Part shown: one piece after another, positions 17,946 to 27,927 of the stretch
How positions within the stretch are numbered: position 1 is the first letter of the stretch
How the letters are laid out: the number at the start of each line of letters is the position of its first letter
DNA from: Actinomycetota bacterium
GTDB taxonomy: Bacteria > Actinomycetota > Thermoleophilia > Solirubrobacterales > 70-9
Assembly (NCBI GenBank): GCA_046729615.1
Contig: JBKPHA010000029.1
Location: 12,742 to 76,741, forward strand
Direction: 5' to 3'
Length of the DNA: 64,000 nt
Made by a program: the position numbers and the translations under genes
The notes under the pieces: generated by a model
The model's input: only the letters and a program-made list of their open reading frames with translations
What the model was told of the DNA's origin: nothing
Database searches by the model: none

Positions 17946-19064
17946 GTGTTCACAGACCGGGATCGCCTGTACCTCCGCCGCGCTCTGGATCTGGCGGTGC
18001 GTGGCCGCGGCAGGGTGAGCCCAAACCCGCTGGTCGGCGCGGTCCTGGTCGGCGACGGGCAGGTCATCGGCGAGGGCTTTCACGCCGAGCTCGGCAGCCC
18101 GCACGCGGAGACGGCGGCACTCGCCGAGGCTCGTGCCCGAGGCGTCGACCCGGCCGGCGCGACGATGTATGTGACGCTCGAGCCGTGCGCCCACCATGGC
18201 CGCCAGCCGCCATGCGTGGATGCGATCCTGGACGCGGGCGTCGTCCGCGTGGTCGTGGCCTCCGATGATCCGAGTGAGAAGGCGCGCGGGCGCGGCCCCG
18301 GGCTCCTGCGGACGGCGGGCGTGGAGGTAGAGTTCGCGGAAGGGAAGGAGGCGGACGCTGCGAGGCTCCTGAACCAGGCGTTTCGAAAGCACGCGCGGAC
18401 GGGCCGGCCCCTCGTCGTGCTGAAGTCCGCAGTCACGCTCGACGGCCGCGTAGCCACCGCCGGCGGCGACGCGAAGTGGATCTCGGGCGCGCAGAGCCGG
18501 CGCTTGGCGCACCGCTGGCGAGCGGAGGTCGACGCCGTGTGCATCGGAATCGGCACGGCGCTGGCCGACGATCCGCTGCTTACGGCGCGCGAGGTCGCGG
18601 CTTTCAGTCAGCCAACGAGAGTCGTCTTCGACTCGGAGGCCCGCCTGTCCCCGAATTCGCGCCTCGTCCGCTCGATCGGCGAGGCGCCGGTGGTCGTGGT
18701 CGCTTCCGGCGCCGCCCCGGGCGAGCGCGTCCGCGATCTAGGGGCCGCCGGTGCCACCGTCCTGGTCGTCACCGGCGAGCCGACCGATCGCGTCCGGGAG
18801 GCGCTCGCGGAGCTCGGGCGCCGCAAGATGACCAACCTGCTGCTGGAGGGCGGGCCGACGCTCGCTGGCTCGTTCTTCGACGCCGGTGAGATCGATGAGC
18901 TCCGCCTGTTCATCGCGCCGATCGTGGCCGGCGGGATGCTGGCCCGGCCGCTGATCGCCGGTGACGGGGCGATGACGCTTCCAGACGCGGTCACCGCTAG
19001 GGCGATGACCTGCGAGCGCTCCGGGGAAGACCTCTTGGTGCGGGCCCGGCTGAGGGAGTGGTAA
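17946..19064 (+). CDS. ribD: bifunctional diaminohydroxyphosphoribosylaminopyrimidine deaminase / 5-amino-6-(5-phosphoribosylamino)uracil reductase
   Basis: NPLVGAVLV, HAETAAL and TLEPCAHHGRQPPC deaminase motifs plus a reductase C-domain. Start chosen at GTG 17946. Confidence 0.9.
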   Translation: MFTDRDRLYLRRALDLAVRGRGRVSPNPLVGAVLVGDGQVIGEGFHAELGSPHAETAALAEARARGVDPAGATMYVTLEPCAHHGRQPPCVDAILDAGVVRVVVASDDPSEKARGRGPGLLRTAGVEVEFAEGKEADAARLLNQAFRKHARTGRPLVVLKSAVTLDGRVATAGGDAKWISGAQSRRLAHRWRAEVDAVCIGIGTALADDPLLTAREVAAFSQPTRVVFDSEARLSPNSRLVRSIGEAPVVVVASGAAPGERVRDLGAAGATVLVVTGEPTDRVREALAELGRRKMTNLLLEGGPTLAGSFFDAGEIDELRLFIAPIVAGGMLARPLIAGDGAMTLPDAVTARAMTCERSGEDLLVRARLREW

Positions 19065-19067
19065 GCG

Positions 19068-19676
19068 ATGTTCACGGGCATCATCCGGGAGATGGGGACC
19101 GTCGAGGCCATCGAGAGCACCGAGGCGGGCGCCCGCCTGCGGGTCCGCGGGGGCGTGGCGGACGAGCTGGCGCCCGGAGACTCGGTCTCGGTGAACGGCG
19201 TCTGCCTCACCGCGGCGGACGCCACGGATGGTGCCTTCGAAGCGGACGTGATGAATCAGACCCTGTCCCTCACCACCCTCGGGAGGCTCGAGGCGGGCGA
19301 CCCGGTCAACCTCGAGCCGCCACTGCGCGCCGGTGAGCCCCTGTGCGGGCATCTGGTCCAGGGCCACGTTGACGGAACCGGGCGGGTCGCGTCGATGTCC
19401 GACGACGGCTTCGCCCGCCGACTCCGGATCTTGCTTCCTGCAGAGCTTCGCCGCTACGTCGCCGAACGCGGGGCCGTGGCGATCGACGGCGTCAGCCTCA
19501 CCGTCGCCGCCGTTTCGCGCGACGCCATCGAGGTCGCGCTGATCCCGGAGACTCTCGAGCGCACGACGCTGGGATCGCTCGAGGACCGGAGCGAGGTGAA
19601 CGTCGAGGTCGACGTGGTCGCCCGGTACGCGGAGCGGCTCATGCATGGCTTAAATGAAGGGAAGGAAGCGCAATGA
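19068..19676 (+). CDS. ribE: riboflavin synthase
   Basis: [12 protein letters not shown], and duplicated lumazine-binding repeats (SVNGVCLT / AIDGVSLT). Confidence 0.9.
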   Translation: MFTGIIREMGTVEAIESTEAGARLRVRGGVADELAPGDSVSVNGVCLTAADATDGAFEADVMNQTLSLTTLGRLEAGDPVNLEPPLRAGEPLCGHLVQGHVDGTGRVASMSDDGFARRLRILLPAELRRYVAERGAVAIDGVSLTVAAVSRDAIEVALIPETLERTTLGSLEDRSEVNVEVDVVARYAERLMHGLNEGKEAQ

Positions 19677-20989
19677 GCAGCCAGGCAACAAGCGTCTTCG
19701 CCTCCATCGAGGAGGCGATCGAGGAGATCCGCCACGGCCGCATGGTCGTCGTCTGCGACGACAAGAACCGGGAGAACGAGGGCGATCTGACGATGGCCTC
19801 GCAGTTCGCGACGCCGGAAGCGATCAACTTCATGGCCAAGCACGGTCGCGGGCTGATCTGCCTGTCGCTGACCGGCGATCGCTGCGACGAGCTCGGGCTC
19901 GATCTGATGGCGGCGAAGAACGAATCCCCCTTCAACACCGCCTTCACCACCTCCATCGAGGCCCGCGAGGGCGTGACCACTGGGATCTCCGCGGCCGACC
20001 GGGCGCGGACGATCCAGGTCGCGATCGATCCCCACTCGGGACCTGGTGACCTGGTGCAGCCCGGCCACGTTTTCCCGCTCAAGGCGAAGGACGGCGGCGT
20101 GCTCGAGCGCGCGGGGCAAACCGAGGCCGCGGTGGACCTGGCGCGGCTCGCTGGGCTCATCCCCGCTGGTGTGATCTGCGAGATCATGAACGAGGACGGC
20201 ACGATGGCGCGCGTGCCCGACCTCGCGCCCTACTGCGAGCGGCACGGCCTTGTGATGATCACCGTCGCCGACCTGATCGCCTACCGGCGGCGGACGGAGC
20301 GGCTGGTCGAGCGGGTGGTCGCGACGCGCCTGCCCACCGCGTTCGGCGAGTTCACCGCCATCGGCTACCGCTCGCTCGTCGACGACAAGCACCACCTCGC
20401 CATGGTCAAGGGCGACGTCAGGGAGATGGAGGACGTCCTAGTGCGGGTTCATTCGGAATGCCTCACCGGTGACGTCTTCCACTCGCTCCGATGCGACTGC
20501 GGGGAACAGCTCGAGGCGGCGCTCGCGATGATCGAGCGCGAGGGCGCGGGCGTTCTGCTCTACCTCTCGCAGGAGGGCCGGGGCATCGGACTGCTGAACA
20601 AGCTGCGGGCCTACAAGCTCCAGGAGGACGGCCTGGACACGGTGGAGGCGAACCTGAAGCTTGGGCTGCCCGCCGACCTGCGCGACTACGGGATCGGGGC
20701 GCAGATCCTGGTCGACCTGGGGCTCACCAGCATCCGGATCCTCACCAACAACCCGAAGAAGATCCACGGTCTCGAGGGCTACGGCCTCTCGGTGACCGAT
20801 CAGATCCCGATCCAGGCGATCCCGAACCCCCACAACGAGGAGTACCTGCGGACCAAGCGCGAGCGCCTCGGCCACACACTCCACCACCAGGGACTGCCGC
20901 TCGACGAGGAGCTGATCCACTCCGAGCAGCAGCGCCAGGCCGAGCGCGGCGCGCTGGGCGCTCGCGAGGCGGACGAAGAGGATGCCTGA
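19673..20989 (+). CDS. ribBA: bifunctional 3,4-dihydroxy-2-butanone-4-phosphate synthase / GTP cyclohydrolase II
   Basis: [11 protein letters not shown] (DHBP synthase) and [21 protein letters not shown] (GCH II). Confidence 0.9.
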   Translation: MSSQATSVFASIEEAIEEIRHGRMVVVCDDKNRENEGDLTMASQFATPEAINFMAKHGRGLICLSLTGDRCDELGLDLMAAKNESPFNTAFTTSIEAREGVTTGISAADRARTIQVAIDPHSGPGDLVQPGHVFPLKAKDGGVLERAGQTEAAVDLARLAGLIPAGVICEIMNEDGTMARVPDLAPYCERHGLVMITVADLIAYRRRTERLVERVVATRLPTAFGEFTAIGYRSLVDDKHHLAMVKGDVREMEDVLVRVHSECLTGDVFHSLRCDCGEQLEAALAMIEREGAGVLLYLSQEGRGIGLLNKLRAYKLQEDGLDTVEANLKLGLPADLRDYGIGAQILVDLGLTSIRILTNNPKKIHGLEGYGLSVTDQIPIQAIPNPHNEEYLRTKRERLGHTLHHQGLPLDEELIHSEQQRQAERGALGAREADEEDA

Positions 20990-21479
20990 GGATCGGGGGG
21001 CGGGGGCGTTCTCCGCCGCCGACCGCGAGATCCTCGCGGATCTCGAGTTCGCCGCCTGCGTGGCGACGTTCTATCCGGACCTCGCGGAGCGACTGATGAA
21101 CGGCGCGATCCTAGGGTTCGACCGCGGCGGCGTCAGCCCGGCGTCGGTGCACCCGTTCGAGGTCCCCGGCGCGTTCGAGCTTCCGATCGCCGCCAAGTGG
21201 TGCGCGGAGTCCGGGCGCTTCGCCGGCGTCGCCTGCCTGGGCGCGGTGATCCGCGGTGAGACCGATCACTACGACTACGTCTCGAGCGAGGCGGCGCGCG
21301 GCGTCGAGCAAGCGCAGCTCGACACCGGTGTGCCGTGCGCGTTCGGCGTCCTCACCTGCGACAGCATGCAGCAGGCGCTCGCGCGGTCGGCCGGAGACGA
21401 GCGCGACCAGGGCAGGCGCGCGGCCTACGCCGTGATGCGCATGGCGCTGTTGAAAGAGCAGGTAGCAGGGAGCAGGTAG
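20982..21479 (+). CDS. ribH: 6,7-dimethyl-8-ribityllumazine synthase
   Basis: [22 protein letters not shown] and FGVLT motifs. Last gene of the rib operon. Confidence 0.9.
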   Translation: MPEDRGAGAFSAADREILADLEFAACVATFYPDLAERLMNGAILGFDRGGVSPASVHPFEVPGAFELPIAAKWCAESGRFAGVACLGAVIRGETDHYDYVSSEAARGVEQAQLDTGVPCAFGVLTCDSMQQALARSAGDERDQGRRAAYAVMRMALLKEQVAGSR

Positions 21480-21518
21480 AGGCTTCCCTTTCCGCATTGT
21501 CCCTGCTCCCTGCTGCTT
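21460..21518 (+). terminator. hairpin built on AGCAGG(G/T) heptads, overlapping the ribH stop
   Basis: GCAGGGAGCAGG (21465-21476) pairs perfectly with CCTGCTCCCTGC (21502-21513). A related hairpin lies at 27865-27927. Confidence 0.5.
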
Positions 21519-21540
21519 CATCGCTACCATCCCACCCGCC

Positions 21541-21732
21541 ATGGCGAAGGTCTGCTACAGCTGCGGCAAGCGTCCGGCATTCGGGAACTCCCGCAGCCAC
21601 TCGATGGTTGCCACGCGGCGCCGCTTCAACCCCAACCTCCAGAAGGTCCGGATCGACGACGGCGGCCGACCGCGCCGGGTCTACGTGTGCACGCGTTGCC
21701 TGAAGGCCGGCAAGGTGGTCAAGGCCGCATAG
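21541..21732 (+). CDS. rpmB: 50S ribosomal protein L28
   Basis: [36 protein letters not shown]. Confidence 0.9.
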   Translation: MAKVCYSCGKRPAFGNSRSHSMVATRRRFNPNLQKVRIDDGGRPRRVYVCTRCLKAGKVVKAA

Positions 21733-21762
21733 CCTCCCCGGCGGGATAATCCCTCCCGAGCG

Positions 21763-23385
21763 ATGGTCGATACCTCCATCGAGCGGTTCCGCCGGGTCGT
21801 CCAATCCGCCTACGCACAGCTCGCCGCCCGGCGGCAGGAGGTGAACGACCTGAACGTCTTCCCGGTCGCCGACGGCGATACCGGGGACAACATGGCGCTG
21901 ACGATGCAGGCGGTGATGAACGAGCTCGACCGCCTGGACGGCCAGCCGATCCCGGCCGACCGCGATGAGCTGGTCCATGCCGTCGCCCGGGCCGCGCTCA
22001 TGGGAGCCCGCGGCAACTCCGGCGTGATCCTGAGCCAGATCGTCCGGGGCGCCGCCGAGGAGCTCGCGAGCCGGCCCGGCGAGCTGGTCGACCCGGTCCT
22101 GGTGGCCGCGGCCTTCGCGCGCGCCGCCGACGCGGCGTACGAGTCCGTGCGGGATCCGGCGGAGGGGACGATGCTCACCGTGATCAGGGAGATGGCGCAC
22201 GCCGTCTCGACCCACCTGGCGCACATGGACCGCCGGCGCCTGACCGGGCCGGTTTCGGACGATGAGCAGGACCAGCTGCTGGCGGACGTGCTGGAGGTGG
22301 CGACGCGCGCCGGCGAGCGCGCCGTGCAGCGAACGACCGAGCAGCTCGACGTGCTCGCGCAGGCCGGCGTCGTCGATGCCGGCGCCCACGGGCTGGTCGT
22401 GATCCTGGCCGGGATCGTCGGGGGCCTGCGCGACGACACCGAAGCGCTTCCGGAGCTGCCCCACCACGAGCCTGCGCGCGCCACCCGGCCGCACCATTTC
22501 GACAGCCGGTTCCGCTACTGCACCAACTTCATCGTCACCGGCTCCGGGCTCGACCCGCGCTCGTTCGTCCCGCGGCTCGAGGAGATCGGCGATTCGGTGC
22601 TGGTCGTCGGCGACGAGGCGACGCTCAAGGTCCACGTCCATACCGACGAGCCGGAGGTCGCCGTCGCCGTGTTCGGCCAGTCGGGCGACGTGCAGCGCCT
22701 GGACGTCGCCGACATGCGCGAGCAGATCGCGGCGCGCGAGGCCCGCCTGCGGCCGGCGCTGACCGGCGCGGTGGCCGTCGCCGCCGGCGATGGAATGAAG
22801 AAGCTCTTCGAGGGGCTCGGGGCGCACGTCGTCGACGGCGGTACCACGCTGAACCCATCCACCTACGAGATCCTGGCCGGCGTCCACGAGGTGCCCGCTG
22901 AGGAGGTGCTGGTCCTGCCGAACTCGCCCAACGTGATCATGGCCGCGCTCGAGGCGGCGAAGCTCTCCGAGAAGCCCGCCCGAGTGATCCCCAGCCACTC
23001 CCAGCAGGCCGCCCTCGGGGCGCTCGTCGAGCTGGTGCCCGGCGAGGATGCCGAGACCAACGCCGAGCGCATCTCATCGGCGCTTGGCGAGATCCGCTCG
23101 GGCGCCGTCGCCCCCGCGGCGTGCGACGACCCGCACGGCCGATTCGTGCGCGGCGACGCGGTGGGCTTCGCCGGTGAGGAGGTCGTGGCGTGGGGCGGCG
23201 CGGGATCGACGCTCTCAGCGACGATCGAGCGCATTGCCATGGGCGCTGAGATCGTGACAGTGATGGAGGGCGAATCGGCGCCGATGCCGCTGCATCAGCT
23301 TCCGCTCGAGCTTCCCGAGGGGATCGAGCTTGAGCTCCACCACGGTGGGCAGCCGCAGTACTGGTGGTTGATCGCGGCGCAGTGA
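21763..23385 (+). CDS. DAK2-domain fusion protein (YloV family)
   Basis: NVFPVADGDTGDNM and GARGNSGVILSQ motifs. Position next to rpmB and recG matches the Firmicutes-type ylo cluster. Confidence 0.8.
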   Translation: MVDTSIERFRRVVQSAYAQLAARRQEVNDLNVFPVADGDTGDNMALTMQAVMNELDRLDGQPIPADRDELVHAVARAALMGARGNSGVILSQIVRGAAEELASRPGELVDPVLVAAAFARAADAAYESVRDPAEGTMLTVIREMAHAVSTHLAHMDRRRLTGPVSDDEQDQLLADVLEVATRAGERAVQRTTEQLDVLAQAGVVDAGAHGLVVILAGIVGGLRDDTEALPELPHHEPARATRPHHFDSRFRYCTNFIVTGSGLDPRSFVPRLEEIGDSVLVVGDEATLKVHVHTDEPEVAVAVFGQSGDVQRLDVADMREQIAAREARLRPALTGAVAVAAGDGMKKLFEGLGAHVVDGGTTLNPSTYEILAGVHEVPAEEVLVLPNSPNVIMAALEAAKLSEKPARVIPSHSQQAALGALVELVPGEDAETNAERISSALGEIRSGAVAPAACDDPHGRFVRGDAVGFAGEEVVAWGGAGSTLSATIERIAMGAEIVTVMEGESAPMPLHQLPLELPEGIELELHHGGQPQYWWLIAAQ

Positions 23386-23584
23386 GCAAACGGATGAGGG
23401 GGTCCGAGGCGACTATGTGGTCGGGGATCGCACACCGTGGCCGACCTGTCCGCCGCGTCACTTCTCTACCGCTGGTGCGGCCCAAGCTGCCGCCCCCCGA
23501 GGCCCTTGAGCGCTTTCGCGTGCCGCTCAAGGAGCGTGCCGGATACCGATGGGTGGCGGAGATCTACCGCCGCCACCGCCGGCC

Positions 23585-24070
23585 CTAGCCGACTTGCACG
23601 ATCGCCTCGACCTCCACCGGCACGTCGAAGGGCAGCTCGGACGCTCCGATCGCCGAGCGCGCATGCCGTCCGGCGTCGCCCCAGACCGCGAGGATCATGT
23701 CCGAGAAGCCGTTCACGACCGCGGGGGTCTTGTTGAAGCCGGGCGAGCAGTTCACCAGGCCGAGCGCCTTGACCCAGTCCCGGACCCGGTCCAGTTCGCC
23801 CAGCTCCTGCTTCAGCGATGCGAGGATCGAGAGACCGGTCAGTCGCGCCGCCTCATACGCCCGCTCCACCGAGACGTCCGCGTCGACCTTTCCCTGCACG
23901 AGCACGCGGTCGCCGTCCATCGGCACGTGACCGGACACATAGGCGAGGTCGCGGTGCACGCGCACGAGGTCGAACTTGAACTCGACGCCCGCCGGCGGGG
24001 CGAAGGGCGCAGGGAGGGAGAGCCCCAGCTCCGCGAGCTTGTCCTCGACCTGACCCACGGCCTGCAACAT
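23585..24070 (-). CDS. RidA/YjgF/TdcF-family protein
   Basis: 162 aa from MLQAVGQVEDKL..., with a C-terminal ...RSAIGASELPFDVPVEVEAIVQV typical of the family. Start chosen at ATG 24070. Confidence 0.75.
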   Translation of the reverse strand: MLQAVGQVEDKLAELGLSLPAPFAPPAGVEFKFDLVRVHRDLAYVSGHVPMDGDRVLVQGKVDADVSVERAYEAARLTGLSILASLKQELGELDRVRDWVKALGLVNCSPGFNKTPAVVNGFSDMILAVWGDAGRHARSAIGASELPFDVPVEVEAIVQVG

Positions 24071-24109
24071 AGCTTCTTCCAGCTGACGGACTCCGGGGCG
24101 CCCGAGGGC

Positions 24110-24581
24110 ATGCGCAACTACTGGACCGCCGACTTCCTCGCGGAGCTGCCGGACGAGGCGATCGACATCCTGTGCGAGTACCACGTGTCGAGGGCCTCGC
24201 CGACGAGCCAGATCCTCGTGATCCCCGGCGGGGGCGCAATCGCGGAGGTCCCGGAGGACGCAACGGCGTTCGGTCAGCGCACGTCGCCGTTCAACATCCA
24301 CATCATCTCCGGCTGGCCCGATCCCGCCGATGACGAGGTGAACATCGCGTGGGCGAAGGAGCTCGGTGCGGCGATGAGGAGTACGCCACCGGCGGGGCGT
24401 ACCTCAACTACCTCGGCGAGGAGGGCGAGGACCGCGTCCGCGCGGCGTTCGGTCCGGAGACCTACGCCCGCCTCCAGGCGCTGAGGACCGCTACGACCCG
24501 ACGAACCTGTTCCGGCAGAACCAGAGCATCAAGCCGACCAACTGGCGGGACGAGAGGGAGGCGGTCGCCACCACCGTCTGA
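24110..24581 (+). pseudogene. 3' remnant of an FAD-linked oxidase (berberine-bridge-enzyme-like C-terminal region), twice frameshifted
   Basis: NYWTADFL...IPGGGAIAEVPEDATAFGQR...W reads in frame 2. GGAYLNYLGEEGEDRVRAAFGPETYARLQALR reads in frame 1. YDPTNLFRQNQSIKP reads in frame 0, ending at TGA 24579-24581. The roughly 300 N-terminal residues of such enzymes are absent. Confidence 0.6.
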
Positions 24582-24638
24582 GCCGTACCAGGCGCGCGGC
24601 GCGGGGCTTCCCGCCCCGCGCCGACGTAGCCTTGGTGT

Positions 24639-26837
24639 ATGAGCCGCACGATTGCGCCGCCGCGCGAGCCACGCACCGAGAGCGAGTCCGTTCCGCCCGG
24701 CGCCTTCGCGACCGGAGCGGCGCAGGGCCGCGATGTGCTTCGCGCCGCCGAGCTGCGATCAGCTCCCCGGCCGAGCCTCCTCGCGGCGGGGATCCAGGCG
24801 CTGAGGGGCGCGGGCCCCAAGCTCGCGGCGGCCGCCGCAGAGATGGGCCTCGTGACACTCGGCGATGTGCTCGCGCACGTCCCGCACTCCTACCGCGAGC
24901 GCGCGGCCCCGCGGGAGCTCGCGGATCTGCGAATCGGTGAGGAGGCGACGGTCGAGGTGACGGTGCGTTCGGCGCGGGTGCGCCCGACGCGGCGCCGGGG
25001 ACTCGTGATCGTGGAGGCGCAGGTGGCCGACGAGTCGGGGCCGGCGAAGGCGGTGTGGTTCAACCAGGCGTGGCTCGCCGAGCGGCTGTCGGAGGGGACG
25101 AGGCTGCTTCTGTTCGGCAAGCTGGACCGGTCCGGCTTTCGGGTCGAGTCCCACGAGGTGGTTGGCGCCGGACAGGGCCAGGCCGCCGGCATCCACACGA
25201 CCGGGATCGTGCCCGTGCACCCGGCGTCGGAGCGCCTGCGGGCCCAGCGGCTTCGCGAGTGGGCGTGGTTGACGCTGCCGCTCACGCGTCATGCCAGCGA
25301 GCCGCTCCCGGCGGAGCTTCGCGCGCGGCGGCGCCTGGCGCCGGCCGCTGATGCCCTCGCCGCGGCGCATTTCCCAGCGAGCCTCGACGAGGCCGAGGAG
25401 GCTCGCCGGCGCCTCGCATTCGAGGAGCTCTTCCTGCACCAGGTCGCGCTCGCCACCCGGCGCTCGGCGCGCCGCGCACGCCGCCCCGGCATCCCGCTCG
25501 CGGCGCCGGGCGACCTCGTCGGTTGCTGGCTGGAGTCGCTGCCGTTCGAGCTGACTCAAGACCAGCGGCGAGCCATAGAGGAGATCGACGCGGATCTCAT
25601 GGCCGAGCAGCCCATGCAGCGCCTGCTGATGGGCGAGGTGGGCTCCGGCAAGACCGTCCTCGCGCTTTACGCGATGCTCCGCGCGGTCGCGTCGGGTTAC
25701 CAGGCGGCGCTGATGGCGCCGACCGAGACGCTGGCGGAGCAACACGCCGCGACGCTCGACCGGCTGCTGTCGCACCAGGCGGTCTCGTTCACGCTGCTGA
25801 CGAGCGCCACGCCGGCGGCGCGCCGACGCGAGGCGGCAGCGAAGCTCGCGCGCGGAGAGCTCGCAATGGTGGTGGGCACCCACGCCCTGATCGAGCCGGA
25901 CGTCGGGTTCGGCCGCCTCGCCGTCTGCGTCGTCGACGAGCAGCACCGGTTCGGGGTGCGCCAGCGCGCAGCGCTGGACGCGAAGGGGCCGGACGGAGCC
26001 GCCCCCCACGCCCTCCACATGACGGCGACGCCCATCCCTCGGACGCTGTCGCTGACCGCGTACGGGGACCTCGACGCCACCGTGCTGCGTGAGCTGCCTG
26101 CGGGGCGCCAGCCCGTCGACACGTGGGTAGTCGGCGAGGAGAAGCGCGCCGGCGCCTATGGCTTCATCCGCGATCGGCTGTGGGAGGGCCGACAGGCTTA
26201 TGTGGTTTGCCCGCTGGTGGAGGGCTCGGAGATCATGGAGGCGAAGGCCGCGACCGAGGAATTCGAGCGGCTCCGGGCGACGGAATTCGCCGACTTCGAG
26301 GTGGGGCTGCTTTACGGGCAGATGCCGCCCCGAAAGAAGCAGGCCGCGATGGAGCGGTTCGTCGCGGGAGAGTCGGACGTGCTGGTGGCGACGAGCGTGA
26401 TCGAGGTGGGGATCGACGTCGCGAACGCCACCGTGATGCTGATCGAAGGGGCGGAGCGCTACGGCCTCTCGCAGCTTCACCAGCTCCGCGGCCGCGTGGG
26501 CAGGGGAGAGCATCGCTCGCACTGCATCCTGTTTGCGGACGCGGCCTCCGAGCTCGCGCGGCGGCGCCTGGAGGCGATCGCGACCGCATGTGACGGCTTC
26601 AAGCTCGCCGAGGTGGACCTTGCGCTGCGCGGCGAGGGGGAGATCCTCGGGACCCGCCAGCACGGGTTGCCTCGGTTCCGGGTGGCGGAGCTACCGGCTG
26701 ACGTGGCGCTGCTCACCGAGGCGCGCCGCGAGGTCGTCGCGCTGCTCGAGCGGACGGGCTGCCTCGACGCCCGGGAGCTGGGGCCGCTCGTGGACGCCGC
26801 CCGGGAGCGATTCGGCGACGAGGCCATCGCCCCTTGA
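24639..26837 (+). CDS. recG: ATP-dependent DNA helicase RecG
   Basis: Wedge-domain region, then LMGEVGSGKT, VVDEQHRFG, TATPIPRT and QLHQLRGRVGRG motifs. The exact start is uncertain. Confidence 0.9.
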   Translation: MSRTIAPPREPRTESESVPPGAFATGAAQGRDVLRAAELRSAPRPSLLAAGIQALRGAGPKLAAAAAEMGLVTLGDVLAHVPHSYRERAAPRELADLRIGEEATVEVTVRSARVRPTRRRGLVIVEAQVADESGPAKAVWFNQAWLAERLSEGTRLLLFGKLDRSGFRVESHEVVGAGQGQAAGIHTTGIVPVHPASERLRAQRLREWAWLTLPLTRHASEPLPAELRARRRLAPAADALAAAHFPASLDEAEEARRRLAFEELFLHQVALATRRSARRARRPGIPLAAPGDLVGCWLESLPFELTQDQRRAIEEIDADLMAEQPMQRLLMGEVGSGKTVLALYAMLRAVASGYQAALMAPTETLAEQHAATLDRLLSHQAVSFTLLTSATPAARRREAAAKLARGELAMVVGTHALIEPDVGFGRLAVCVVDEQHRFGVRQRAALDAKGPDGAAPHALHMTATPIPRTLSLTAYGDLDATVLRELPAGRQPVDTWVVGEEKRAGAYGFIRDRLWEGRQAYVVCPLVEGSEIMEAKAATEEFERLRATEFADFEVGLLYGQMPPRKKQAAMERFVAGESDVLVATSVIEVGIDVANATVMLIEGAERYGLSQLHQLRGRVGRGEHRSHCILFADAASELARRRLEAIATACDGFKLAEVDLALRGEGEILGTRQHGLPRFRVAELPADVALLTEARREVVALLERTGCLDARELGPLVDAARERFGDEAIAP

Positions 26838-27367
26838 GGGTGGTCGCGGGGGAGTTCCGGGGGCGCCGGCTGGTGGCCCCGCCGCGGCGCTCGGCCGCGG
26901 TGAGGCCGACCTCGGACCGCGTTCGTGAGGCGCTGTTCTCGATCCTCGGTGACATCGCGGGAACGCGCGTCCTCGACCTCTTCTGCGGGACGGGGGCGCT
27001 TGGAATCGAGGCGATCTCGCGCGGCGCCGCCTTCGCCACGTTCGTCGACACGCATACAGGACTCGTGCGCCGCAACGTCGCCGAGCTCGGGATTGGCGAC
27101 CGCTGCGAGGTCGTTCGCTCGGACGCACGCGCGTTTTTGCGCCGAGTGCGGCCGAAGTTCGATCTCGTCCTCTGCGATCCGCCCTATAGACTCGCCGACC
27201 GTCTTGAGGGGGACCTGGATTCGCTTATACCGAAGGTCGTTTCGCCGGGAGGGCGCTTGATCGTCGAGGGGGCGGCGCGCCGCACGCCGAGGATCTCGCT
27301 GCCGGTGGTCGCCGAACGCCGCTACGGGGACACCGTCGTGACGATCCACGAGGCCCGATCGCGATGA
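26834..27367 (+). CDS. rsmD: 16S rRNA (guanine966-N2)-methyltransferase
   Basis: RPTSDRVREALFSIL, DLFCGTGALGIEA and CDPPY motifs. TTG start overlaps the recG stop. Confidence 0.85.
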   Translation: MRVVAGEFRGRRLVAPPRRSAAVRPTSDRVREALFSILGDIAGTRVLDLFCGTGALGIEAISRGAAFATFVDTHTGLVRRNVAELGIGDRCEVVRSDARAFLRRVRPKFDLVLCDPPYRLADRLEGDLDSLIPKVVSPGGRLIVEGAARRTPRISLPVVAERRYGDTVVTIHEARSR

Positions 27368-27864
27368 GCGACGGACGGGTGGCGATCTGCCCGGGCACGT
27401 ACGACCCGGTCACGAACGGGCACCTCGACATCATCGGGCGGGCGGCGAGGGTGTTCGACCGCGTGGTCGTGGGGGTCGTCAACCAGCCCGTCCGCAAGCA
27501 GCAGACGCTGTTCACGGCCGATGAGCGCAAGGCGTTCATCGAGGAGGCGATGAGGCAGAACGGCGTCGACAACGTAGACGTCGCGGTCTTCTCGACCCTG
27601 CTCGTCGAGTTCGCGCGGGAGCACGATGCGGGCGCGATCGTAAAGGGCCTGCGCGCGATCTCCGACTTCGAGTACGAGTTTGAGATGAACCAGCTGAACC
27701 GAAAGCTGGCGCCGGACATCGAGTCGGTCTACATCATCGCCTCGCCCGATTACAGCTTCCTGTCGTCGACCGGCGTGAAGGAGATGGCGACCTTCGGCGG
27801 CGACGTCTCGGACCTCGTGCCGCCAGCGGTGGCGAGGGCGCTGGTCGAACGCCTGAAGCGCTGA
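27364..27864 (+). CDS. coaD: phosphopantetheine adenylyltransferase
   Basis: AICPGTYDPVTNGHLDII and SDFEYEFEM motifs. Confidence 0.9.
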   Translation: MSDGRVAICPGTYDPVTNGHLDIIGRAARVFDRVVVGVVNQPVRKQQTLFTADERKAFIEEAMRQNGVDNVDVAVFSTLLVEFAREHDAGAIVKGLRAISDFEYEFEMNQLNRKLAPDIESVYIIASPDYSFLSSTGVKEMATFGGDVSDLVPPAVARALVERLKR

Positions 27865-27927
27865 CCAGGGAGCAGGGAGCAGGGAGACGTCGAGGCGCTC
27901 TGCCTGCTCAATGCTCCCTGCTCCTGG
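27865..27927 (+). terminator. hairpin built on tandem AGGGAGC/AGCAGGG heptads immediately after the coaD stop
   Basis: CCAGGGAGCAGGGAGCA (27865-27881) pairs with TGCTCCCTGCTCCTGG (27912-27927), giving 16 bp with one bulge. Confidence 0.5.

Noticed and set aside
23364-23588. 74-aa ORF between yloV and ridA with GC3-rich codons (…PKLPPPEALERFRVPLKERAGYRWVAEIYRRHRRP).
   Set aside because: No motif, and the start lies inside yloV. The region also contains an 8-bp hairpin (CTTGAGCG...CGCTCAAG) and possible repeat debris. The evidence for a gene is insufficient.
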